Below, one piece after another: positions 11,759 to 22,667 of a stretch of 64,000 bases of DNA. The stretch comes from Gammaproteobacteria bacterium (GTDB lineage Bacteria > Pseudomonadota > Gammaproteobacteria > UBA4575). Numbering within the stretch: position 1 is the stretch's first letter; each line of letters begins with the position of its first letter. The position numbers and the translations under genes are program-made. The DNA lies in NCBI GenBank assembly GCA_965221955.1, contig CBDCTA010000029.1, positions 576,001 through 640,000 on the forward strand, read 5' to 3'. Below the pieces are notes generated by a model that made no database searches, was not told the DNA's origin, and saw nothing but the letters and a program-made list of their open reading frames with translations.

Positions 11759-13066
11759 ATGACTGAAAGAAGAAAGCGTCGTAATTTATCTTCTGGAGAT
11801 CGGATTGGCAAATACCAGTTAGATAAAATTATCCATCAAGGAAAATATCGGTCCATCTACAAAGCTTTTGATCCTTTTTTGGAACGTGATGTGGCGATTA
11901 AGGTTAGTCAGTTCCCTGATGATCAGCAAGGCGAAGAAAATTCTCAGCAACTTCGTAATTCATTTTTCTTAGAAACGCGTGCAGTAGGGCAATTACAACA
12001 TCCAAATATTGTCGCAGTCTATGATGCAGGAGTAGGGGATCGGCAAACTTTTATCGTAATGGAATATATTGAAGCGAAGAGTTTGGCATCAATAATGGAT
12101 GCTATAGGAAAGATTCAAGTGGCTAAAGCAATTGATATTGCTTTTAAGTGTTGCAAGGCACTTGAATATGCACATAGCAAAAATATTGTACATCGCGATA
12201 TCAAACCAGGGAATATCCTGATCACAGATGATGGCAATGTCAAAATTGTTGATTTTGGTGTGGCTAAAGTGCGTAGTGAAATTGATACATTTTCTAGCGG
12301 CTTATTTGGCTCACCTTTATATATGTCTCCTGAGCAAATTGAAGAGCAAGATGTTGGCCCAAGTACAGATTTATATGCTCTTGGTGTAGTGCTGTACGAA
12401 ATGCTAACGGGTGGTAGCATGTTCGAAGCTGATAATGTGCATACTTTAATGTATAAAATTTTGCATGAGAAACCCAAAACACTTGCTCAATGTGATGTGG
12501 AACATGCAGATAAGATACAACCAATTATTGATCAGGCATTAGAAAAAGAGCGTGACAAACGTTATCCTGCAGCAGCAGATTTCGCAGCTGCAATACGCAG
12601 TGTTGATATTGCTTTGCGATATGAAGAATCAGAAATTATTAAGCAGATCAGTGCAGATCAAGTGGGAATGGTTGGATTTTTTAAAGAATTTGATCAAAAG
12701 CAATTATCTGAATTTGTTGATCTGGCAACCTGGTTGAGAATAGCAGCAGATGAAACCATTATTTCTGCTGGTGAGATTGATCAAACATTTTATGTAATTG
12801 TTGGTGGTAGAGCCATTGTCTATAAACTAAACGAACCTGTAAAAACGCTTACTGAAGGTGATTGTTTTGGAGAAGTTGGATTGTTACGTAATAAAAATAG
12901 TAGTACGAGCATAATCGCAAATACTGATATGTTACTCATGAAACTTTCCACTTCTGACTTAGATAAAATGTCAACCAGCTTACAGGCGCAATTTTATAAA
13001 GCAGTAGCGCATTCAATTGTCAATCGTTTAGCGAATGATGAAGTTTCCACTGATAAAGCTGCCTAA
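11759..13066 (+). CDS. Hanks-type Ser/Thr protein kinase with C-terminal cyclic-nucleotide-binding domain
   Basis: VAIK, HRDIKPGN, DFG, YMSPEQ; C-terminal FYVIVGG...EGDCFGEVGLL CNB pattern. Confidence 0.88.
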   Translation: MTERRKRRNLSSGDRIGKYQLDKIIHQGKYRSIYKAFDPFLERDVAIKVSQFPDDQQGEENSQQLRNSFFLETRAVGQLQHPNIVAVYDAGVGDRQTFIVMEYIEAKSLASIMDAIGKIQVAKAIDIAFKCCKALEYAHSKNIVHRDIKPGNILITDDGNVKIVDFGVAKVRSEIDTFSSGLFGSPLYMSPEQIEEQDVGPSTDLYALGVVLYEMLTGGSMFEADNVHTLMYKILHEKPKTLAQCDVEHADKIQPIIDQALEKERDKRYPAAADFAAAIRSVDIALRYEESEIIKQISADQVGMVGFFKEFDQKQLSEFVDLATWLRIAADETIISAGEIDQTFYVIVGGRAIVYKLNEPVKTLTEGDCFGEVGLLRNKNSSTSIIANTDMLLMKLSTSDLDKMSTSLQAQFYKAVAHSIVNRLANDEVSTDKAA

Positions 13067-13144
13067 TTAAAGTAAAATTCTTTTTTTAAATAATTTTAAT
13101 CATTTTTAGAAATCCTAGTTTTCTACCGAAAAAGAGCTTAGCTG

Positions 13145-13738
13145 TTGTCTTCGAGTTTAGTGAAGCTGCCTTTATTTCCACTGAATGCCGTTATTTTTCC
13201 CGGTGGTGCATTGCCGTTACGTATTTTTGAACCGCGTTATTTAGATATGGTGAAAGAATGCATGCGTAATGAACATGGGTTTGGTATAGCCTTGATAAAA
13301 AATGGTAAAGAATCCGGTAAAGCGGCAAAAGTGTATAAAACAGGAACAGAATGTCGTATTGGGGATTGGGAAACTTTGCCAGATGGTCTTTTAGGTATCA
13401 CCGCTTATGGAGAGCGTAAAATTCATATTGAAGATACCCATATTGAGAGCAACCAGCTGCTGATGGGTGATATTCAATATCTAGAAGAAAATCCTGACTC
13501 AGAGCTGCCTGAAGAGTTCGAAGAATTACGCGCTATACTGCAAGACATCATTACCCAAATAGGTAAGCCCTATACTAGTCTCCCGGCCCATTATGATCAC
13601 GCGGGTTGGGTAGGTGCTCGTCTTACGGAACTGTTACCTCTACAATCAGCAACTAAACAACGGCTCTTAGAGATCGACGACCATATTGTGCGTTTATATC
13701 ATCTTAAGGAAGCTATGCAGGAATCTAAATTTTTATAA
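13145..13738 (+). CDS. LON peptidase substrate-binding domain protein
   Basis: LPLFPLNAVIFPGGALPLRIFEPRYLDMV. Confidence 0.9.
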   Translation: MSSSLVKLPLFPLNAVIFPGGALPLRIFEPRYLDMVKECMRNEHGFGIALIKNGKESGKAAKVYKTGTECRIGDWETLPDGLLGITAYGERKIHIEDTHIESNQLLMGDIQYLEENPDSELPEEFEELRAILQDIITQIGKPYTSLPAHYDHAGWVGARLTELLPLQSATKQRLLEIDDHIVRLYHLKEAMQESKFL

Positions 13739-13752
13739 CCAAGGAGAATAAT

Positions 13753-14130
13753 GTGGCAACGATTGCCTTAACTAAGGATAACTTTAACGAGACGATTGAA
13801 AATAACGACACAGTTATTATCGATTTTTGGGCATCATGGTGTGGCCCGTGTAAATCATTTGCGCCTACTTTTGAAACGGCATCTGATAATCACGAAGATG
13901 TGGTATTTGCCAAAGTGAATACAGAAGAACAACAAGAATTAGCTCAAGCCTGTAATATTCGTTCTATTCCAACTTTAATGATATTTCGTGAACAAATCTT
14001 ATTGTACTCACAAGCAGGTGCGTTACCCCCAGCGCAGTTGGAAGATATTATCGATAAAACGAAATCTCTGGATATGGATCAAGTTAGGGCGGATATAGAA
14101 AAGCAAAATAAAGAATCTAAAGAAGCTTAA
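13753..14130 (+). CDS. trxA: Thioredoxin
   Basis: DFWASWCGPC, IRSIPTL; GTG start with AGGAG RBS. Confidence 0.9.
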   Translation: MATIALTKDNFNETIENNDTVIIDFWASWCGPCKSFAPTFETASDNHEDVVFAKVNTEEQQELAQACNIRSIPTLMIFREQILLYSQAGALPPAQLEDIIDKTKSLDMDQVRADIEKQNKESKEA

Positions 14131-14149
14131 TAACATAATCAGGATATAA

Positions 14150-15985
14150 ATGACCCAAATTAGTAGTATCGACAAAACTTCTGAAGAGATTTCAGATACC
14201 GTTCCAGAGCGATACACAGTGCGCCATGTGTTAAACATGGCGCTTACACATAAAAAAGAACTCGTCTCAGCTCATGTTATTGCAATTATTGCAGTACTTG
14301 CGAGTATCCCAATCCCTTTGCTGATCCCGCTTTTAATAGATGAGGTATTGCTGGATAAGCCAGGGAAAGTGGTTGCCACGGTTGGTCAATTTTTTCCAGA
14401 GTCCTTACATAGTCCATTTCTTTATATTATCGCGCTCACAGCAGTATGCATTGTCTTGCGTATAACTTATCTATTGTTAAATGTTTGGCAAACTAAAAAG
14501 TTTGTTGGAGTTGCAAAAGATATTATATATCGCATTCGTTATCAGTTATTGAATCGACTTAAATCTGTCGCGATGTCTGAATATGAAACCCTAGGTGGTG
14601 GAGCGGTTTCATCAAAGTTTGTAACCGATCTTAATACTGTAGATCAGTTTGCTGGGGAAACCGTAAGTAAGTTTTTAGTCGCCGCTTTGACTATTGTGGG
14701 TGTGGCAGGAGTTTTAATCTGGCTGCATTGGCAACTCGCACTATTTATTTTATTTGTAAATCCATTAGTGATTTACATAACGATGCTGATTGGTAAAAAA
14801 GTAAAAGAGCTTAAGAAAAAAGAAAATAAATCTTTTGAAAAATTTCAACAATCATTGACTGAAACGCTAGACGGAATTCAACAAATTCGTGCCAGTAATC
14901 GTGAAGGCTATTATTTGGACCGGGTTCGAAAAAATGCAGAAAAAGTCAAACAGCATTCGACTGCATTTTCGTGGAAGAGTGATGCAGCCAATCGTCTTTC
15001 ATTCTCGGTATTTTTAATTGGTTTTGATATTTTCCGAGCGGTAAGTATGGCCATGGTGTTACTTTCGGATCTGAGTATTGGAGAAATGATTGCTGTATTT
15101 GGATACCTTTGGTTCATGATGGGCCCAGTGCAAGAAGTACTCAATATTCAATATTCTTTCTATGGAGCGAAGGCGGCATTGGGGCGTATAAATGAACTAA
15201 TGCACTTACCCAGAGAACCACAGTACCCTCATATTGAAAATCCATTTGTAGATAAACATTCTGTTAGTGTACAAGTGGATGATATTAAATTTGCTTACGG
15301 AGATGGACCTTATGTATTAGATGGGGTCAATCTTTCAATTCAAGCTGGAGAAAAAGTAGCATTAGTAGGTGCCAGTGGAGGTGGAAAATCTACTTTAGTG
15401 CAAGTGTTGTTAGGTTTATATCCGCCTTTATTTGGAGAAATAAAGTTCGACCAAGTACCCGTGTCCCGTATCGGTATGGATATTGTGCGTGAGCATGTGG
15501 CGTGCGTCTTACAGCATCCAGCCTTGTTTAATGACACCGTGCGAATGAATTTAACTTTGGGCCGAGAAGTGCCCGATGCGGTCTTGTGGCGTGTATTAGA
15601 AGTCGCTCAGATCAAAGATGTTGTAGAAACTATGCCAAGAGGTTTAGATAGTTTGATCGGTGTGGATGGTATTCGTTTATCGGGTGGTCAAAGACAACGT
15701 ATAGCCATCGCAAGAATGGCACTTACGAATCCGCAAGTAGTAATTCTAGACGAAGCCACTTCAGCTTTAGATGCAGAAACGGAAGCTAAATTACATATTG
15801 CGTTAGCGGATTATCTTCAAGGACGCACGATGATCATTGTTGCGCATCGGTTAAGTGCAGTGAAACAAGCCGATACTGTTTATGTATTTGAGGATGGGAA
15901 AATTACCGAGCAAGGGGAACATGATGAGTTGCTTGTTGCTAATGGGCTTTATGCAAAATTATATGGTCAGCATCAGACGGCATAA
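14150..15985 (+). CDS. ABC exporter, fused permease/ATPase
   Basis: 6-TM N-terminal half, GASGGGKST, LSGGQRQR, ILDEATSALD. Confidence 0.92.
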   Translation: MTQISSIDKTSEEISDTVPERYTVRHVLNMALTHKKELVSAHVIAIIAVLASIPIPLLIPLLIDEVLLDKPGKVVATVGQFFPESLHSPFLYIIALTAVCIVLRITYLLLNVWQTKKFVGVAKDIIYRIRYQLLNRLKSVAMSEYETLGGGAVSSKFVTDLNTVDQFAGETVSKFLVAALTIVGVAGVLIWLHWQLALFILFVNPLVIYITMLIGKKVKELKKKENKSFEKFQQSLTETLDGIQQIRASNREGYYLDRVRKNAEKVKQHSTAFSWKSDAANRLSFSVFLIGFDIFRAVSMAMVLLSDLSIGEMIAVFGYLWFMMGPVQEVLNIQYSFYGAKAALGRINELMHLPREPQYPHIENPFVDKHSVSVQVDDIKFAYGDGPYVLDGVNLSIQAGEKVALVGASGGGKSTLVQVLLGLYPPLFGEIKFDQVPVSRIGMDIVREHVACVLQHPALFNDTVRMNLTLGREVPDAVLWRVLEVAQIKDVVETMPRGLDSLIGVDGIRLSGGQRQRIAIARMALTNPQVVILDEATSALDAETEAKLHIALADYLQGRTMIIVAHRLSAVKQADTVYVFEDGKITEQGEHDELLVANGLYAKLYGQHQTA

Positions 15986-16012
15986 ATTCAACTAGAAAGT
16001 TTGTGGTTCTTG

Positions 16013-16375
16013 ATGCAACCCATTATTAAAAAATATAATTTTGCAAATGAGTTTTATTTTGAAGAAGGTTGTTACATCACAGAGCTTTCAAATTCTGAGG
16101 ATGATCCAGGTTTATCCATTGCAAGAGCGCGTGTTGAACCAGGGGTTACTACAAAATTACACAAACTATTAAATATAGTTGAGCGCTATGTAATATTAGA
16201 AGGTACCGGTATTGTTGAGATAGGTGAGCAACTGTCTCAGAAAGTTACAAAGGGAGATGTTGTCATTATCCCTGCAAATTGCGCGCAGAAAATTATGAAT
16301 GATGGTTTATCTGACCTGGTCTTTCTTGCAATCTGTACTCCCCAATTTAAGCTTAAACATTATTTAGAAGTGTAA
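16013..16375 (+). CDS. Cupin domain protein
   Basis: ARARVEPGVTTKLH...ERYVILEG...GDVVIIP cupin pattern; ATG 16013 preferred. Confidence 0.85.
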   Translation: MQPIIKKYNFANEFYFEEGCYITELSNSEDDPGLSIARARVEPGVTTKLHKLLNIVERYVILEGTGIVEIGEQLSQKVTKGDVVIIPANCAQKIMNDGLSDLVFLAICTPQFKLKHYLEV

Positions 16376-16709
16376 GCATAAAATATATCTTAGGCTTATT
16401 GCGGGTTCAGATAATTGTGGAATGTAACAGTCTTAGGAGTCTTGAAGGTTGAAAGAATTTTTCGTGTGACTGAGTTGGCAAAATATGTATTTATTTCCAC
16501 AATTATTATTATTGAATCTAAATTCAGAATGAATTGTAACGAGGTATATCCACATAAACACACATTGTTTCAATAAGTTATGAGCAGTTGTTTGCTCACA
16601 CATTTAAATACATAAGTGCATGAATTAAATGGCGTTTTTAGTGATTTTTTAACTTACTTAAGTATAATCACCGGTATTGAAATCCAGATAAACGGAGAGT
16701 GAGGGAGTT

Positions 16710-17384
16710 ATGAAAATAGAAAATCTTGGGGCTTTATTAATTGCAGCAATCCTGCTCGGATTCAGTGCAAATTCACATGCTATTTCTATTTCAACTACTG
16801 GATCAGGTAGTATGTTTGGGGATAATTACAGTTATTTATTTACTATTGAAACAACAGGTAATCCATTTGATTTAGATGCAACGCTTACTAATACTTCGCC
16901 GATGGGTTCAAATGCAAATATCGATGCGTTTGCATTTAACACTACACCGACTTTTAGTTGTTGTGGCATCTTAGATACTATATTTATACAAAACATTTCA
17001 CCTAGTTGGACTTTTTCTGAAGCAGGTGGAGGCATTCAGTTTGATTATGTTGGCAATGCGGTGAATGCACCTATGAATGCAAACAGACTATCTTCTGGTG
17101 AATCTCTTGTTTTTACAATGAATTTTGCAGGTGTTGGGCCTGCCCAGCTATCTTGGTTTACAGATTCAAATGAAAGCACAGGTATGGGCTTTGGCGGTGG
17201 AGAAGATAGTGGACAAGTCTGCACAAGCTTTCAATCATTGGGTGATGATACTGAAGGAAGTGATTTAGTCTGTTCTAATTGGGAGCGAGATACTACTGAA
17301 GTACCTGAACCTACTTCAATGGCATTGATGGGATTGGGTTTAGTTGGGTTAGGTCTAACGCGCCGAAAAAGAAAATTAAGCTGA
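16710..17384 (+). CDS. PEP-CTERM sorting-domain surface protein
   Basis: Signal peptide; C-terminal VPEPTSMALMGLGLVGLGLTRRKRK. Confidence 0.92.
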   Translation: MKIENLGALLIAAILLGFSANSHAISISTTGSGSMFGDNYSYLFTIETTGNPFDLDATLTNTSPMGSNANIDAFAFNTTPTFSCCGILDTIFIQNISPSWTFSEAGGGIQFDYVGNAVNAPMNANRLSSGESLVFTMNFAGVGPAQLSWFTDSNESTGMGFGGGEDSGQVCTSFQSLGDDTEGSDLVCSNWERDTTEVPEPTSMALMGLGLVGLGLTRRKRKLS

Positions 17385-17418
17385 AAAAGTTAAGCTAAAT
17401 ACATTCTCTTCTTATTTT

Positions 17419-17447
17419 AAAAAGCCTCGCGATGCGAGGCTTTTTTT
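17419..17447. terminator. Bidirectional intrinsic terminator
   Basis: AAAAAGCCTCGC-GAT-GCGAGGCTTTTTTT between convergent genes. Confidence 0.85.
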
Positions 17448-17469
17448 GTCTTTGTGCTTTTTTAAAAAA

Positions 17470-18750
17470 TTAAATATTTGCAAAGGCTTTATCAGCCATT
17501 TCTATCGTTTTTTCGATATCTTTTTCGGTATGCGCGGCAGACATGAACCCCGCTTCATAAGAAGAAGGCGCAAGGTATACACCTTGGTCTAACATGCTGT
17601 GAAAGAACTTATTGAAGTGGTCTTGGTTGCAAGCAGTAACTTGAGAAAAAGAAGTAATTTTTTCTTCTTCAGTAAAAAATAACCCAAACATTCCGGTTAC
17701 ATAATTTGTAGTGAGTGGAATATTGTTTTTACTTGCAGCCTCAAGCATGCCATCGACGAGTGACCTTGTTTTGCGATTTAATTGATCATGAAATCCGCGT
17801 TCGGAAAGTAGTTTGAGTGTAGTGAGCCCAGCGGTCATAGCGATAGGGTTTCCGGACAAGGTGCCTGCCTGATACACGGGACCAACAGGTGCTAAAGAAT
17901 CCATAATGGCACGTTCTCCGCCGAGTGCTCCCACTGGCATACCGCCGCCTAAAATTTTACCGAGTGTAGTTAAATCAGGTATCACTTTATAAAGTTGTTG
18001 TGCGCCACCTTTGGCTACACGAAACCCTGTCATCACCTCGTCAAAAATTAATATTGATTTGTATTCAGAACATAGTTTACGTAAGCCTTGTAAGAAACCT
18101 TTAATAGGTGGGATGCAATTCATATTGCCCGCGATGGGTTCGACAATGACGCAGGCAATTTCTTCGCCTAGATCTGCAAATACCTTTTCAACCTCTTCTA
18201 AATCGTTGTAGGTGAGGGTAATCGTGTTTTCTGCAGTTTCGTCTGGTACCCCCGGAGAACTTGGTACACCAAGTGTGAGTGCTCCAGAACCGGCTTTGAC
18301 TAACAATGCATCTCCATGTCCATGGTAACAGCCTTCAAACTTAATGATTTTATTGCGACCCGTGTGTCCACGCGCTAAACGTATCGCACTCATAGTAGCT
18401 TCTGTGCCTGAGCTGGTCATACGGACCACCTCTATAGATTCAATCAGCTCACAGACGAGCTTGGCCATTTCAGTTTCAATTTCGGTTGGAGTGCCAAAAC
18501 TTAAGCCATGCTGTGCAGCTTGTTGTACAGCTTCAATCACTTCAGAGTGGGCATGGCCTAAAATCATTGGCCCCCAGGAGCCAACGTAATCGATATATTC
18601 TTTATCATGGATATCATAAATATGTGCGCCATGCGCACGTTTGATAAACACGGGGGCGCCGCCCACGGCTTTGAATGCACGAACCGGTGAATTCACACCA
18701 CCAGGAATATATTTTTGGGCTTCTTCAAAAGCCTGTTCTGAAGTAGTCAT
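17470..18750 (-). CDS. hemL: Glutamate-1-semialdehyde 2,1-aminomutase
   Basis: [45 protein letters not shown]. Confidence 0.98.
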   Translation of the reverse strand: MTTSEQAFEEAQKYIPGGVNSPVRAFKAVGGAPVFIKRAHGAHIYDIHDKEYIDYVGSWGPMILGHAHSEVIEAVQQAAQHGLSFGTPTEIETEMAKLVCELIESIEVVRMTSSGTEATMSAIRLARGHTGRNKIIKFEGCYHGHGDALLVKAGSGALTLGVPSSPGVPDETAENTITLTYNDLEEVEKVFADLGEEIACVIVEPIAGNMNCIPPIKGFLQGLRKLCSEYKSILIFDEVMTGFRVAKGGAQQLYKVIPDLTTLGKILGGGMPVGALGGERAIMDSLAPVGPVYQAGTLSGNPIAMTAGLTTLKLLSERGFHDQLNRKTRSLVDGMLEAASKNNIPLTTNYVTGMFGLFFTEEEKITSFSQVTACNQDHFNKFFHSMLDQGVYLAPSSYEAGFMSAAHTEKDIEKTIEMADKAFANI

Positions 18751-18773
18751 AGGTTTGACTTAACGTTAGGTGA

Positions 18774-19391
18774 TTAAATTTGTGACAAATATTCTTGCAC
18801 AGCTTGCGTTGGAGATGAAGCGTTAAAAATACTACTAATTACTGCAATCATATCAGCTCCTGCAGTAATTAAATCAGAAGCATTGTCTACTGTAATTCCT
18901 CCAATTGCACAAATTGGAGTCGAAAATGTATATTTTGCGTGTTTAAGTAATTCTATTTCAGCTCTAGGTGCATTGGGTTTAGTGGTCGATGGAAAAAAAC
19001 TACCAAAGGCAATGTAATCTGCAGAGGCATCAATTGCGGGTTTGGCATTTTCGAAGTTTGCGTAACAGGATGCGCCGATAATTTTATCTTTGCCTAAATT
19101 TTTTCTTGCCAATTCAATTGATGTGTCATCTTTTCCTAAGTGCACACCGTCTGCGTCTATAGTGGACGCGAGTTCTAAGTCGTCATTAATGATAAGTAAG
19201 CTTTGATGAGTGCTCGTCAAAGTTCGTAATTGATTCGCAATTTCGTATTTTTTAGTTGCTTGGTTTATTTTGTCTCGATACTGAATGATGTGTACCCCTG
19301 CAGACAATACTTCTTGTGTTTTAGAAATAATTTCATCTGTGCCGATACAGGCAGCATCAACAATTACATATAAGCCTTGAAGTTTTTGCAT
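18774..19391 (-). CDS. thiE: Thiamine-phosphate synthase
   Basis: QYRDK, IINDD, DGVHLG, AIGGI; likely start ATG 19391 (MQKLQGLY). Confidence 0.95.
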   Translation of the reverse strand: MQKLQGLYVIVDAACIGTDEIISKTQEVLSAGVHIIQYRDKINQATKKYEIANQLRTLTSTHQSLLIINDDLELASTIDADGVHLGKDDTSIELARKNLGKDKIIGASCYANFENAKPAIDASADYIAFGSFFPSTTKPNAPRAEIELLKHAKYTFSTPICAIGGITVDNASDLITAGADMIAVISSIFNASSPTQAVQEYLSQI

Positions 19392-19411
19392 GAAGATTGT
19401 TGCTTGGCTAA

Positions 19412-20203
19412 TTATTTTAGCCAGTGAAAACGGTTTGGTATTTTTTGCCCCATGCCGAGTTGATATGCATCTTCCAAGGATTTCCATGTATATTCTTGGG
19501 CTTGATGCGTAGCCGAGACAATATCTTGTCCACGTGCGATGTTTGCGGCAATGGCAGCCGCGAGTGTGCAGCCAGAACCATGGTAGCTATCTGGTAAACG
19601 AGGCCACGTGTGAGTATCGAGTTTACGATTATTGCCATATAAAACATTACACACGTCATTTGTTTTTTCATGACTACCTGTAATGAGTGCATAATGTGCA
19701 CCGCGTTCTAAAAGCGCCATGGCGCATGCATTTAAGGTGTCACCTTCAGGCGCTAAACGTCTTGCTTCATCACTATTCGGCGTAACAATCGTTGCGAGTG
19801 GGACTAACAAAGTGTTGATGGCATCCACGACATCTTCATTGGCTAACACTTTGCCACCACCTGCAACGATGATAGGGTCTAACACCACAGGAATGGTTTC
19901 ATAATCTGTAAGTAAAGTGTGAATCGCCATTGCGGTCGTATCACTTACAATTAAACCGATCTTAATTGCAGCTATATTCATATCTTCTAAAATAATGCGT
20001 GCTTGTTGAATGATAAAATGTTCATTGATTTGAGTGGTATCTACGACATTGGTAGTATCTTGAGCCGTTACAGAACTTATAACGGGTGCAGCGTGGCATC
20101 CGAGGCTTGCAATCGTTTCTATGTCAGCTTGAATACCCGCGCCTCCTGTAGGGTCCGCTCCTGAAATGGTCATTACTACAGGTGGTTTAATGAATGAATT
20201 CAT
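19412..20203 (-). CDS. thiD: Hydroxymethylpyrimidine/phosphomethylpyrimidine kinase
   Basis: GADPTGGAGIQAD, TPNSDEA, HGSGCTLA. Confidence 0.93.
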   Translation of the reverse strand: MNSFIKPPVVMTISGADPTGGAGIQADIETIASLGCHAAPVISSVTAQDTTNVVDTTQINEHFIIQQARIILEDMNIAAIKIGLIVSDTTAMAIHTLLTDYETIPVVLDPIIVAGGGKVLANEDVVDAINTLLVPLATIVTPNSDEARRLAPEGDTLNACAMALLERGAHYALITGSHEKTNDVCNVLYGNNRKLDTHTWPRLPDSYHGSGCTLAAAIAANIARGQDIVSATHQAQEYTWKSLEDAYQLGMGQKIPNRFHWLK

Positions 20204-20232
20204 AACTTAACGGATATAAGTAAGAAACATTT

Positions 20233-20403
20233 ATGCAGTATAAAACATATATGTGTGTGATATGTGGTTGGATTTATGACGAAGCTAAAGGTGCGCCGGA
20301 AGAAGGTATCGCGCCCGGTACACGCTGGGAAGAGATCCCTTTTAATTGGAAATGTCCGGAATGTGGGGCGATGAAAGATGATTTCCAGCTTGTCGAAATT
20401 TGA
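20233..20403 (+). CDS. rubA: Rubredoxin (56 aa, not in ORF track)
   Basis: Manual translation [56 protein letters not shown]; two CxxCG motifs. Confidence 0.95.
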   Translation: MQYKTYMCVICGWIYDEAKGAPEEGIAPGTRWEEIPFNWKCPECGAMKDDFQLVEI

Positions 20404-20413
20404 GAGTAGAGGT

Positions 20414-20971
20414 TTAATTTTTTAGCTGTCGATTTAAATAAGCAATTTTTGCTGAATGTTCTAGTGAGCAAGTCCATTTATAGGCTAAGTTAATTGTCTC
20501 TGCGCAGGCATATACACCATGCCCGCTTACAACAGTAATGCAATACTCGCTTAAAGTATTTGCAACCAGTTGTGGGGATAACTCTGAGTAATCATCAAAT
20601 GCAATGCTATGTACAGGAACCGTTGGAAAATAAAGTTTGCCTTCAAAGTCTTCAGGGCTAAAGTCATCGCCATTCATAGTTAAGGCAATTGTATGTGGTC
20701 CATGGCTATGAAATACCGCTCGAGCATTCGCATTTTGTTTGTAAATTTCGATATGCAGTTTTGCATCAAAAGATGCATTTTCACCACAAGTACCATCTAT
20801 TGAACAAGCAATTAGATCATCTGTTTGAAGTGTATCTGCACAAGCCCCTGTAGGTGTTACCCAAACAGTGTTGCCATCGCGGACCGAAGCATTGCCACTA
20901 TGCGAGTCGTTATATCCATACTTGCGTAGCCAGCCATAATGTTGAACCAGTTCTTGTTTTAATGCCGTCAT
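20414..20971 (-). CDS. Class II aldolase/adducin family protein
   Basis: SGNASVR, TPTG, LHIEIY, HSHGPH, GHGVY. Confidence 0.88.
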   Translation of the reverse strand: MTALKQELVQHYGWLRKYGYNDSHSGNASVRDGNTVWVTPTGACADTLQTDDLIACSIDGTCGENASFDAKLHIEIYKQNANARAVFHSHGPHTIALTMNGDDFSPEDFEGKLYFPTVPVHSIAFDDYSELSPQLVANTLSEYCITVVSGHGVYACAETINLAYKWTCSLEHSAKIAYLNRQLKN

Positions 20972-21068
20972 TTATAAATACACTTTATTTTTTTGTTATT
21001 TCACTGATACTCTACATTCTAAGCTACTGCGCCAAAATAATTTTACGAATACATAAAAAGGAATAAAA

Positions 21069-22001
21069 ATGTCAGCACTAATCTGTGGTTCTCTTGCATT
21101 CGATACGATCATGGTTTTTCCAGATCGCTTCAAAGAGCATATCTTGCCAGAGAAGGTACATATACTAAACGTTTCATTTATGGTGCCACAAATGCGTCGT
21201 GAGTTTGGGGGTTGTTCTGGCAATATCGCCTATAACTTAAATTTACTGGGTGGCGATGGTTTCCCCATGGGAACCGTAGGACAAGATTTTGATCCTTATG
21301 CGAAGTGGATGTCAGATTGTGGGATTGATCAAAAATATATTAAAAAGCTTGATAGTGAATACACGGCGCAGGCTTTTATCACTACTGATTTAGACGACAA
21401 TCAAATTACGGCTTTTCATCCTGGTGCAATGAACAATGCACATGAAAATAGTATTCCAGCTCAAGATGGAATTTCATTAGCCTTAATTTCACCTGATGGT
21501 AAAGACGGTATGGTGCAACATGCGCAACAATGTGTGGATGCTGGTATTCCATTTATGTTTGATCCTGGGCAAGGCATGCCGATGTTTGACGGCGAAGAGT
21601 TGCTAAAGTTTGTTGAGCAAGCAACTTATGTTTGTGTGAATGACTATGAATCACAACTACTACAAGAACGAACGGGTTTATCTATTCAACAAATAGCGGA
21701 AAAAGTTGAAGCTGCCATCGTTACGCGTGGGGGGGAAGGGTCCATCATTCATACGAATAGCAGTTCTATTGAAATTCCTGCAGTCAAAGCAAGTTCAGTA
21801 CAAGATCCAACGGGTTGCGGAGATGCTTACCGTGGAGGCCTGATTTACGGTTTGATGAATCACTTAGATTGGGAAGTAACAGGTCGCATTGCAGCGTTGA
21901 TGGGTGCGATTAAAGTTGCTCACAATGGTACCCAGAACCATAAGTTTTCTCTTAGTGAATTTAAAGATCAGTATAAGAAAGAATTTGGACAAGCTTTTTA
22001 G
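21069..22001 (+). CDS. PfkB-family carbohydrate/nucleoside kinase (adenosine kinase-like)
   Basis: GSLAFD, FGGCSGNIAY, DPTGCGDAYRGG. Confidence 0.9.
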   Translation: MSALICGSLAFDTIMVFPDRFKEHILPEKVHILNVSFMVPQMRREFGGCSGNIAYNLNLLGGDGFPMGTVGQDFDPYAKWMSDCGIDQKYIKKLDSEYTAQAFITTDLDDNQITAFHPGAMNNAHENSIPAQDGISLALISPDGKDGMVQHAQQCVDAGIPFMFDPGQGMPMFDGEELLKFVEQATYVCVNDYESQLLQERTGLSIQQIAEKVEAAIVTRGGEGSIIHTNSSSIEIPAVKASSVQDPTGCGDAYRGGLIYGLMNHLDWEVTGRIAALMGAIKVAHNGTQNHKFSLSEFKDQYKKEFGQAF

Positions 22002-22013
22002 TAAGTTGCCCAT

Positions 22014-22667
22014 TCACTTCAAACTGATTTGTTGCCAGCTATTTTTTTCTGCATGTTCACGTAGTTTTTCGTCAGCATCTACAGCGATAGGGTGCGTGAC
22101 GAGTTCTAACAGTGGAATATCGTTGCGTGAATCAGAGTAAAAATAGCTTCCTTCTAGAGTGTGGCAGGTATTTTCTAACCACTCTTTAAGACGAGTGACT
22201 TTCCCAGGACCAAAACTTGGTGTGCCATATACTTCACCCGTGAAGCTTCCATCTTGCATGGCAGGCTCAGTAGCGATTAAGTCATGCGTGTTAAAAATTT
22301 CTTTAGTTGGCTCAGTAATAAAACGATTGGTTGCAGTGATAATTACAAGTTGATCACCTGCTTCTCTGTGTTTATTTACGAGTTCTAGTGCTTTAGGTTT
22401 AATAATAGGCTTAATACGTCGCTCAATATAATCATCTCGCCATAGACATAGTTCTTCATATGGATTGTTGGCAAGAGGTTGTAAAGCAAATTTTAAAAAT
22501 TCATAAACGTCGAGCTTGCCAGCTAAATACTCTTGATAAAAACGCTCGTTTTCACTTGCATAATACTCGGCATCCACTTTGCCAATAGAAACTAAATGCG
22601 CGCCCCACTCATAGTCGCTGTCGCCGGCAATGAGTGTTTCATCCAGATCAAATAATGCTAGAGCCAT
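22014..22667 (-). CDS. HAD-IB family phosphatase (histidinol-phosphatase-like)
   Basis: FDLDETLI, ITATN, FYSDSRNDIPLL; likely start 22667. Confidence 0.88.
   Translation of the reverse strand: MALALFDLDETLIAGDSDYEWGAHLVSIGKVDAEYYASENERFYQEYLAGKLDVYEFLKFALQPLANNPYEELCLWRDDYIERRIKPIIKPKALELVNKHREAGDQLVIITATNRFITEPTKEIFNTHDLIATEPAMQDGSFTGEVYGTPSFGPGKVTRLKEWLENTCHTLEGSYFYSDSRNDIPLLELVTHPIAVDADEKLREHAEKNSWQQISLK

Noticed and set aside
20204-20232. TPP riboswitch before thiD-thiE
   Set aside because: Only 29 nt separate thiD from the divergent rubredoxin, and no TPP aptamer motif is seen
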